A stretch of DNA of 17,761 bases from Candidatus Micrarchaeaceae archaeon (GTDB lineage Archaea; Micrarchaeota; Micrarchaeia; Micrarchaeales; CABMGC01). The notes under the pieces were generated by a model. That model saw only the letters and a program-made list of their open reading frames with translations. It had not been told where the DNA came from and ran no database searches. Positions 8,219 through 16,500 of the stretch are shown piece by piece (within the stretch, counting starts at the first letter, position 1; every line of letters starts with the position of its first letter). The DNA lies in the NCBI GenBank assembly GCA_038877255.1, contig JAVYWZ010000015.1:1-17761 (forward strand), given 5' to 3'. The position numbers were made by a program, and so were the translations under genes.

Positions 8219-8296
8219 ACTTCTATCTTAAAGTATTTAGGCCTTGACTTCACAACAAACAAAAAGGTATTTCCAAGTTAGAAATGGTGCTTTGCT

Positions 8297-10489
8297 TCAG
8301 TCAAGAAAATCTTCTGGTTTTGGCGGCTCTTCAGGTATGCCTTTTCTCTTTCTTATCTCTCTGACTATTTTGTCTTGGAGCTCCTTCGGCAAGCGTTCGT
8401 AGCCTGCATATTCAGTGTACCATATCGCCCTGCCGCTAGTTATGCTTCTAAGCTCGCTTGAAAAGCCCTTTATTACTTCTGCAACTGGCATCTTCGCTGA
8501 GATCGTTACTTCTTCGCCTTCCTGCTTTATCTCTTGAATGTGGCCACGCTTGCTTTGCAACATATTTATTACATCTGTTACATATCCCTGGGGCACGTTT
8601 ATTGTGAAGATCTGCTTTGGTTCAAGCAGTATGTCATGTGCAAGTAGCATGCCCCCGTTTATAGGTCTGCGTATTGCCGGTATTATTTGCGCAGGGCCCC
8701 TGTGCACAGGGTCTTCGTGTATCGTGGCGTCGGTAATCAGGATCTTTATGCCTGTGCATTTTTCCCTGGCAAGCGGTCCGTCTTCCATTGCCTCTTCAAA
8801 GCCGTCTACAAGAAGCTCCATAACTTCATTCATGTACTGCACGCCATGCGTCGCGTCTATAAGCACACTTGAGTTCTTTATATCTACAACATTTCTTGCC
8901 TGCTCTCTTTGCAAGCCCGCACTTATGAGCTTTTCAACAGTCTCTCTGCCTTTGGGCTTGCCCTCGTTTATTGCTCCTTGCTCTATCAAATCAACAACGC
9001 CCTGCTCCAGGGGCTCAACATTTATATAAAACTTTGAAAGCCTGTTAGGTGCCTTGCCCTGTAGGTCTTCCACTTTGTCTTCAATAGTTTCTCTATAAAC
9101 CACTATAGGGTCGCTTGTTGTTATTGGTATTTTGTAATCGTTCTTGAGCTTTGTCTCTATTATTTCAAGATGAAGCTCGCCCAGTCCGCGTATGATGTGC
9201 TCTCCAGTTTCCTGGTTTATCTCTACTTTGAAAGTAGGATCTTCTTTTGAAAGCTCCCTGAGCGCCTCTATAAGCCTTACTGTATCTTTTGTTTCTTTTG
9301 CCTCTATCGCCTTTGCAACAACAGGAGGTGAATAATGCCGTATCTCTTCGAAAGGCGTTATGCCGTTTTCGCTTATGGTGTCTCCTACTGAGATATCCTT
9401 CAAGCCTATAAGTGCTGCTATGTTGCCTGCAGGTATCGCTTCTACAGGGACGCGGTCAGGTCCCATATAAAGTGCTACCTGCTGCAGCTTTTGCTTATCT
9501 GCGAGGCCGCTTATGCTAACCTCTACGCCTTTGTGTGCCACGCCTGAAAATATCCTGCTTATTGCTATTTCGCCTGCATGTTGATCGTATGCTATGCTAA
9601 AAACAACAGCAGCTAAGCCTGCGTTTGGGTCTACTTCTAGCATTGCTTTGCCTTCCTTGCTGTCAAGCTCGCCGTGCCAGATATTTGGCAATCTATATGC
9701 CTGTGCCTCTTTAGGGTTAGGCAGGTGCTCTACTACCATGTTGAGTATCGCTTCGTCTATGGGAGCAGTTTCCCTTAACTTTTCAAGGTCGCCTTTTGCA
9801 GTGAGCTCGAAGATGTCTTTAAAAGTTATCTTGTACTTGTCCATGATTCTTATTGATATGGCCCATCGCTCATATGCAGAGCCGAATGCCACATTGCCTG
9901 CGTTTACGCTTATTTTCCATTTCTCTGCGAGCTCTTCACCGCCGTACCTTGCAATTAGCTTGTTTATGTTGTTTATCAATTCTAGCAATCTTTCATATGT
10001 TTGCTCTGGAGTAAGCTTTAGCTCTGTAAGCAATCGGTCAATCTTGTTTACAAAAAGCACAGGCTTTGCCTTCTCCTTGAATGCCTGCCTAAGCACTGTT
10101 TCAGTCTGAGGCATTACGCCTTCTACTGGGTCTACTACAAGCACAACGCCGTCAACCGCACGCATAGACCTTGTCACATGGCCGCTGAAGTCTACATGAC
10201 CTGGCGTGTCTATCAGGTTTATTATGTAGTCTTCGCCTTTGTAGTCAAATGCCAGGGATATGTTTGCAGATTTTATCGTGAGCCTTCTCTCCTTTTCGAT
10301 CTCATCATAATTAGTATAAAGGACTTCGCCTGCAACTGTCTTCGATATTATGCCTGCCTTTGCAAGAAGGGCGTCTGTAAGCGTTGTCTTGCCATGGTGA
10401 ACATGCGCTATTATTGCAACGTTCCTCACTTTGCTTATATCGTGCATTATCTTTACTACTTCCTCTGCAACAAACTCCTTCCTTACCAT
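8297..10489 (-). CDS. fusA: Archaeal translation elongation factor 2 (aEF-2)
   Basis: G1 AHVHHGKTT, G3 DTPGHVDF, G4 NKID, GLGELHLE and diphthamide loop HEDPVHRGPAQ. Lies directly downstream of rps7. Confidence 0.98.
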   Translation of the reverse strand: MVRKEFVAEEVVKIMHDISKVRNVAIIAHVHHGKTTLTDALLAKAGIISKTVAGEVLYTNYDEIEKERRLTIKSANISLAFDYKGEDYIINLIDTPGHVDFSGHVTRSMRAVDGVVLVVDPVEGVMPQTETVLRQAFKEKAKPVLFVNKIDRLLTELKLTPEQTYERLLELINNINKLIARYGGEELAEKWKISVNAGNVAFGSAYERWAISIRIMDKYKITFKDIFELTAKGDLEKLRETAPIDEAILNMVVEHLPNPKEAQAYRLPNIWHGELDSKEGKAMLEVDPNAGLAAVVFSIAYDQHAGEIAISRIFSGVAHKGVEVSISGLADKQKLQQVALYMGPDRVPVEAIPAGNIAALIGLKDISVGDTISENGITPFEEIRHYSPPVVAKAIEAKETKDTVRLIEALRELSKEDPTFKVEINQETGEHIIRGLGELHLEIIETKLKNDYKIPITTSDPIVVYRETIEDKVEDLQGKAPNRLSKFYINVEPLEQGVVDLIEQGAINEGKPKGRETVEKLISAGLQREQARNVVDIKNSSVLIDATHGVQYMNEVMELLVDGFEEAMEDGPLAREKCTGIKILITDATIHEDPVHRGPAQIIPAIRRPINGGMLLAHDILLEPKQIFTINVPQGYVTDVINMLQSKRGHIQEIKQEGEEVTISAKMPVAEVIKGFSSELRSITSGRAIWYTEYAGYERLPKELQDKIVREIRKRKGIPEEPPKPEDFLD

Positions 10490-10493
10490 AGGA

Positions 10494-11231
10494 TTACCTT
10501 GCGCTTCTTGCTATCCTCTCTTGCTCTACTTTCCTTTTTATGGCATAGCTGTTAGGGTCTTTGCTTGCAGCAAGCATTATCTCATTAGCAAGCGCTTCTT
10601 TCAACTCTTTCTTATTCTTGAATGCGCTTATTAGCGCAGCAAGCGCTATGTTCCTAAGTGCAACGTCAAGCCTTCTAGAAGCACTTATTCCCACTGCAAC
10701 ATTGTAGTTTATCCCTCCGTAGCGTATGCGCGTAGTGTCATCTATTGGTGCTGAATTTTCGAGAGCGTCGACAAAAACCTGTATTGGATTTTTGTTGGTT
10801 TTGCTGTGTATAATGTCAAATGCGCGTTCGACTATGCCTATGAGCTTTAATTTCTTCCCCTGTAGCCTGCCTTCTGTTCTTATCACTATGCCGCCTATCT
10901 TTTTTCCTGTTCCGCCTCGCATGAGCTTATTGACAAGCCGCTCGACTATGCTGACTTGCGTCACGTAATGGGCTTTGTCTTTTCTCCTGCCGAACGTGTT
11001 TATGTTTGATCTGGGTGTCAGCAAGATGTAATTGGCAAGGCTAGCATCTTCTATTACAACGTCTTTGGTGCTGTACTTGCCAAATACTAATTGTTCTTCC
11101 AAGCCTATGTTGCGGACTTTCTTTGCTGCCGGTTTCCTTGTTCTAGCTGTTTTTTCATCGCCGTGCTCGTTTGCTACATTGTTAGTATTGTCTGATTTAA
11201 AGTCTGTTTTGTTGCTTGTTTCTTCTTGCAC
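10494..11231 (-). CDS. rps7: 30S ribosomal protein uS7 with N-terminal extension
   Basis: IVERLVNKLM, NPIQVFVDALENSAP, TTRIRYGG and ERIARSAR. GTG start 4 nt after the rps12 stop. Confidence 0.96.
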   Translation of the reverse strand: MQEETSNKTDFKSDNTNNVANEHGDEKTARTRKPAAKKVRNIGLEEQLVFGKYSTKDVVIEDASLANYILLTPRSNINTFGRRKDKAHYVTQVSIVERLVNKLMRGGTGKKIGGIVIRTEGRLQGKKLKLIGIVERAFDIIHSKTNKNPIQVFVDALENSAPIDDTTRIRYGGINYNVAVGISASRRLDVALRNIALAALISAFKNKKELKEALANEIMLAASKDPNSYAIKRKVEQERIARSAR

Positions 11232-11235
11232 TTAA

Positions 11236-11664
11236 TCATCTCTTTGGTTTTTCCTTCCTGCCCTTTACTATCTCATAAAGGTCTACGCCGTTGACTTTTA
11301 TTACCCTATACTTAAGCCCGGGTATGCATCCCATCTGGCCACGCTGAGAGCCGCCAAGGCCTTGCACCATTACTTCATCATGCTCTTCTATGAAGCCTAT
11401 TGAGCCGTCATAAGGAACGTAAGCACCAACAACCTTGCCATTCTTGGTAAGCTGCACACGGACGCACTTTATAAGACCTGAGTGCGGCTGCTTCTGCTGG
11501 AGGCTGAACTTCTGGAGTACAAGTGCCCTTGCCATTGGTACTGTTCCTACAGGATCATACTTTTGCTTTAGCTTGAAGTACTTTCTTTTCCACCACTTCT
11601 TGAGCATGCGCTCCTTGTGCCTCTTCTTTACGAGCTTCAACGCAGCGAATTCACCGTTTGACAA
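11236..11664 (-). CDS. rps12: 30S ribosomal protein uS12 (archaeal S12/S23 type)
   Basis: KCVRVQLTKNGK, IEEHDEV, IPG and GRKEKPKR. TTG start with AAGGTG SD. Confidence 0.97.
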   Translation of the reverse strand: MSNGEFAALKLVKKRHKERMLKKWWKRKYFKLKQKYDPVGTVPMARALVLQKFSLQQKQPHSGLIKCVRVQLTKNGKVVGAYVPYDGSIGFIEEHDEVMVQGLGGSQRGQMGCIPGLKYRVIKVNGVDLYEIVKGRKEKPKR

Positions 11665-11673
11665 TATAGCACC

Positions 11674-11976
11674 TTAATCATAATTTTCTTCCAGTATTTT
11701 AGAAGCGCCAGGATCTAATATTGCTAGCGTGCTAACCCCAAAAGGCTTGCCGCACACGGCGCCAAGTTCTACTGGATTGCCCTTGAAATTGAGGAGCTTT
11801 GTGCCTGCAAGTTTGCACGCATGTGTTATGTCACTTATGTTATCTCCTTTACTCGAAGACGCAACAATAGCCACCTTCGCTTTGCCCTGTGTTATTGCTT
11901 TTATAGTTTCCTTTATTCCAAAGCTTATGCTGCCTGTCTCTACTGCAAGCCTCAAATCGGCACTTAAATCTGGCAT
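11674..11976 (-). CDS. rpl30e: 50S ribosomal protein eL30
   Basis: LRLAVETG, ELGAVCGKPF and ILDPGASKIL match L30e. Confidence 0.95.
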   Translation of the reverse strand: MPDLSADLRLAVETGSISFGIKETIKAITQGKAKVAIVASSSKGDNISDITHACKLAGTKLLNFKGNPVELGAVCGKPFGVSTLAILDPGASKILEENYD

Positions 11977-12013
11977 TCAAAAACCTGACTGATTATTCTA
12001 AACTGATTTATTC

Positions 12014-12057
12014 AAGCATTTAAATTAATGTATTTAATGTATTTAAGCATTTAAATT
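12014..12057. repeat. AT-rich repeat block upstream of rpl30e, probably overlapping its promoter
   Basis: AAGCATTTAAATT at 12014-12026 and 12045-12057, enclosing tandem TTAATGTAT x2 (12025-12042). Confidence 0.7.
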
Positions 12058-12352
12058 GCTACTGTTGTTGTGAATTATTTTGTGGCGTATGCTTAATAAG
12101 TTTTTGCCTGCAAGAGAAGCAAGCATTTTCTGCTCTTTTTCAGAAATTTGTAGACAGTTCCAAACGCCACTACTCAGTCGTTTAAGTTTTGGCTCAGCAG
12201 GCGTAAGTCCTGACTTGGAAAGCGCACGAAGCGGGCAAATGAATATGAAAATAACGGGATAAATATATGAGAATTGTGTAAAATAGATTGGCATATGCCC
12301 AATGCAGAAAACAACAGAATAAGAGAAAAAGGCAAGGCAACAAGCAAAGCGA

Positions 12353-12440
12353 GCATTGCCATTGAAGCGAGAAGCTCAAAACAACCAGATGTGGCGTAAG
12401 CTAAGTCTGTAAGAGCTGGGTAGTTCACACGGAGCAATGC
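12353..12440 (+). ncRNA. Candidate structured RNA (nested hairpin with GUAA tetraloop)
   Basis: Five nested helices found by hand-folding, capped by a GNRA loop. No known family recognised. Confidence 0.25.
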
Positions 12441-12449
12441 CAGTTCTCT

Positions 12450-12469
12450 TTATAAAAGTGAGCGGGAAA
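12450..12469. repeat. 20-bp direct repeat copy 2, TTATAAAAGTGAGCGGGAAA
   Basis: Identical to 8199-8218; intergenic. Confidence 0.9.
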
Positions 12470-12483
12470 GGAGAGGATGTCAC

Positions 12484-13467
12484 TCAGTGCTGTATTGTCT
12501 GGCTGCAGCCTGCTGTGCTTATGCCTCCTTTGAAGGCAAGCGTGACATAGCCCAAATAAGGAATGTGCGCAAGCACGTAACCCACTACCTGATTTGTAAC
12601 TGGCGGGTAATTGCCGAATTCTATGTCAAGTGCCTGGTTGTTGTCTCCTTTGGTAAGTATATAGTAATTATTTCCGGAGTGTATTGCCGCAAAAATCCTA
12701 TGCACTATGTCTCCGGAGAACGTGTCGCTCGGAATGGTTCTGTATACTATTATTGGATTTGAATAGTTTTCAATTATCGTTTCATTGCCTATTGTTATGC
12801 TTTTTGTGTAAACTATGCTGAATTGGGTTCCATTTACCGTGGCATTGCCTATGCCATAACTATATTTTATGAGATTGCCATTTTGGCTGCTGTTGCTTAA
12901 CAGGCATTTGTAAAAATCCTGGCTTTCGTTTAAGTACGAGTATACACTAAGGCAGCGTGTATTGTAGAGACCTATGCTGTAGTTTTCGCCTGGTTTTAAT
13001 AAATAGGTTATGTCTGATTTGTCACCGTTAAGGAAAGCGTAATAGGCAAGGAACTCATTGTTCATATTGTTCAGCATTGCGTTATACGAGCTTGTGCTAA
13101 CGTTTACAATTGGAATCTTATGCTGCGCAAGAAACATTGTCATGTTGCTTATGTGTTTTAATATTACAAGGTCACCAATCTTGAGCACGGGCAACATGCT
13201 GCAGCTTGGTACTACATCAACAGGCGATAGCGTGCCCAGCACTACTATCGCAATTAGCCATATCGCGATAACAATGCCTATTGCTTCTGCTACCTCTTTT
13301 GCTGCTTTTTTAGCGCCCTCTGAGTGTATGTCGCGACGTGTCTCTTCCACTACTAGCAGCACGAATACCACTATGAATGCTATGCTTAGCAAGGCAATTC
13401 TTGTTAGCGCGTAAGCTATCAGCGACACTGCTAACAGTATATACAGCGCAGCTTCTGCTGCGCTCAT
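12484..13467 (-). CDS. sec11: Signal peptidase I (S26, archaeal/Sec11 type) with large insertion; start may extend to ATA 13545
   Basis: N-terminal TM helices, catalytic Ser box VVPSCSMLP...GDL, His box DIVHRI, TKGDNN...D and IPYLGY. Confidence 0.9.
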   Translation of the reverse strand: MSAAEAALYILLAVSLIAYALTRIALLSIAFIVVFVLLVVEETRRDIHSEGAKKAAKEVAEAIGIVIAIWLIAIVVLGTLSPVDVVPSCSMLPVLKIGDLVILKHISNMTMFLAQHKIPIVNVSTSSYNAMLNNMNNEFLAYYAFLNGDKSDITYLLKPGENYSIGLYNTRCLSVYSYLNESQDFYKCLLSNSSQNGNLIKYSYGIGNATVNGTQFSIVYTKSITIGNETIIENYSNPIIVYRTIPSDTFSGDIVHRIFAAIHSGNNYYILTKGDNNQALDIEFGNYPPVTNQVVGYVLAHIPYLGYVTLAFKGGISTAGCSQTIQH

Positions 13468-13541
13468 CTTATTCGTGCCCTTTTTTGGTTTTGCGCTCTC
13501 TTTCAGTTTAGCGCTTGCAGTGCTGCTGATTGTCTGTTTTG

Positions 13542-16500
13542 CTATTGCATCACCTGAATATTACCGCTATTGCCGCTGTTGCCGCTACTGCCAATGTTGC
13601 CATTGTTGCCAATGTTGCCATTGTTGCTGATGCTGCTTAACTCTACACCAACAACTTTTGAAATGCCATCGGATTTGATTACGCCTATTGCCGCACTGGC
13701 ATTCAAGATAAGCGAGTCGTTGTGGCTTACGACTATGAACTGAGCGTCTTTCGAAAGCTCTTTGATAAGCTGTGACAGTTTCTTGGAGTTTTCCTTATCA
13801 AGCGATGCGTCTATCTCATCGAAAATATACAGGCTCGCTGGCTTATACATATGTATTGCAAAAAGCAGCATGAGCGAGACGAGGGCCTTTTCACCTCCAG
13901 AAAGTGCAACAAGCTCTCCTTTCCTGTTTGTTCCTGTTATCTTTATTTCAAGCCCGCCGCTGAACGGATCCTTCTCATTGTCAAGCACAAGCCTTGCTTC
14001 TCCAGGGAATATGTACTTGTACATTTTTTCAAAGTTTTTCTCTATTTCAGTAAATGTCGACATGAATGCAGCAAGCTTCTTTTTATCCACCTCATCAATA
14101 AGGCCTAGCACGGAGCGCCTCTCAGTCTCGAGCGTGTAGAGCTTTGATTGAGCATCATCTACCTCTTTCTTTTTCAGTGCATAAACTTCAGGTGCCTTCA
14201 TGTTCACTGTGCCGAGCTCTTGAATTTGCATGCTCAATGCACCTGCCTCTTTCTCCATCTCGTCTATGCTCTTGTCTTTTATCACTTCTATGCCCTGCTC
14301 GTATGCAGCAAGCTCTGCCCTCAGGTCATTTAACCGGACATCAAGCTGGCCTTTCTTTATCTGAATCTCTTTTATTTCTGACTCAAGCTCTTTTGACCTG
14401 CTTCCAGATTCGCCCAGCTGCTTGCTTATCTCTATTGCCTTATGCTCGAGCTCGTTTATCTTATCATATGCCTCTCTGTAAACCTTTCCGCTATTGCGTA
14501 TCTGCTCCTCTATTGTGTTTTTCTCCTTCTCATATGTATTTTTCGCGTTGCGCTCTTCAGATAGCATTTTCTCTGTTTCAGCGATTGCGCGCGACGCTTT
14601 TTCAATACTATTTTCTATTTCTGCTTTCTTTGCATTAAGCATCTGGTTTTCCTTTCTGAGTTCTGCAATCTTTATTCTTGTGCTTTCGGCCTTTTTCTGA
14701 AGCTCTTCTGCTTCGCTGCTGGCCTCTTGCTGTGTATCATCTTTGCCTAACGCAGAATATACTTCTTTTAGTTTTGCCTTTGCGTCAGCAAGCTCATTGG
14801 TTATTGTTCCAAGCTTTATTGCAAGTTCTTTTTTCTGCGATTCGGAGTTTGCTTTAAGCGTCTCCTGGCGCGCTATTTCATCATTGAGTGCCTTTGCTTG
14901 CTCTTCCATTGCAGTTTGCTGTTTTGTGACATTTGTTAGGTTGTCGCCCAATATGTTAAGCCTTATCTCTTCTGAGGCAATGCCCTTTTTGAGCTCGAAG
15001 AGTTTTGCGTCTAATTGCTGCTTCTCAGCCAAAAGTTGTGACATATCTGCGTCTAACTGTTTCAACATGCTGTTTATGCTATGCAAAGTCATTCGCGACT
15101 TCTTGTTTGAACCGCCGCTCACAAGACCGCTGCTTTCTACGAGCTCGCCGTCAAGTGTAACATATCTGCAAGTGCCTATTCCCAGTGCTTTTGCCTCTTG
15201 CAGAGTATTGACTATGTATGTGTTTCCGAAAACAAACGTAAATGCTTTTTCAAATCTTTTGTCATATGATACTACGCTGAGCAGCGACTTTGCTTCAACT
15301 GCTTTCGGCTGTGCTACACGTATTTCTTGCAAAGGTATGAATGTGGCTTTGCCTATGCCTTTTGATTTTAAATAAGCTATGGCCTTGCCTGCAGTATCAA
15401 TATTGTCTACTATTATATAATCGAGCCTGCTTCCTGCGGCAGCCTCCACTGCTTCTACATACTGCTCTTCATATTCGCATAGATCCCCTACTGTACCATA
15501 AACTCCTGAAGAAGCATCGAACGCGCGCAATAGTGCCTCTTTGCTTTGGTTTTCTCTTGACGCATTCATTGCCCTTTGCTCTTTGAGCTCTAGTACTTTT
15601 GCGCCTTTTTCGTCAATCAGTTTCACCAATTCGTTTAGCCTTTCGTTTTGTTTTTCAACCTCGTGCGCCGACGCTTCTATGTTCGACTTTGCAAGCTTTG
15701 CTGCTCTTTCAATCGTTTCGTGCTCATCTTCTAGCACCTTCAATCTGGTTTTCAGATCATTAAGCTCAGCTTTTGCCGTTTCTTCCTTTGAAGTGTATAA
15801 TGCGCATTCCAGGTCAAGCTTTGCTATGCTTTCCATTATGCTTTTTTCTTGTTCTTCAAGTGTGCTAATTTTGTCAGTTAGCCCTTTCATTGTGCGCATT
15901 TCCTGTGCATGCGAGCTTTTGGGAATGCGCCCTTCTAGCGTTTCTAGTTCTTTTGAAAGCTGTGTAATGGCATTTTCATTGTCGTTAATGCTCAGCTCTG
16001 TTGCTTTTAGTGCTTCTTGTTTTTCTGTGCGCTCTTTTTTCACAGCCTCTATTTCAGAAGCATAATTTGCTATTTTAGCCAATGACTCTGCGAGCTGTGC
16101 GCTAAGCTTCTGAAGCAGTTCGTTAACATTGCCTATCTGCTTCGTATTTTCCTCTATGCTTTTTGTCAACTCCTGCCTTTCCGCATTCACACTTGAAAGC
16201 GCGTCGTAAAGCTTCTTAGCGCTTGCCTCTTCTTCTGCTTTCTGATTTTGAAGCGTTTCCATATCTTTCTGATAAGATTCTATTGTAGATTGAGTTATTG
16301 ATATGCGCGCAAGAAGTGCGCTGTAGTTTAGCTGTTTCAGCCTTGTAGCCATTGCAGAATAGCGTTCAGCTATTTCCTTCTCTTTTTCAAGCTCTTTGAG
16401 GAAACCAAGCCTTTCTTGGAATATGCCTTGCATTTCGCTTATCTTCATGTTGACTTTGTCAAGTTCTTTAAGTGCCTCGTCTTTTTTACGCTCAAACTCC

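Noticed and set aside
8050..8281. Small ORFs 8050-8262 (-) and 8072-8281 (+)
   Set aside because: TTG/GTG-type starts with no recognisable motif. The matching frame at the second repeat copy gives an unrelated peptide, so the repeat is not coding homology.
8270..8284. TTTCCAAGTTAGAAA as a mini-ORB
   Set aside because: Spacing differs from TCCA-N3-GAAA, there is no G-string and no orc1/cdc6 is nearby.
8680..8720. Possible diphthamide-less EF-2 paralog
   Set aside because: The HEDPVHRGPAQ loop with the target His is canonical.
12043..12437. Four short overlapping ORFs in the spacer upstream of rpl30e
   Set aside because: Mutually overlapping, no SD or family features, and the hydrophobicity is explained by the complement of an A-rich tract. 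A small membrane peptide cannot be fully excluded.
11977..12483. Possible degenerate CRISPR array
   Set aside because: Repeated words are only 10-13 bp with irregular 90-116 bp spacing, and there are no cas genes in the window.
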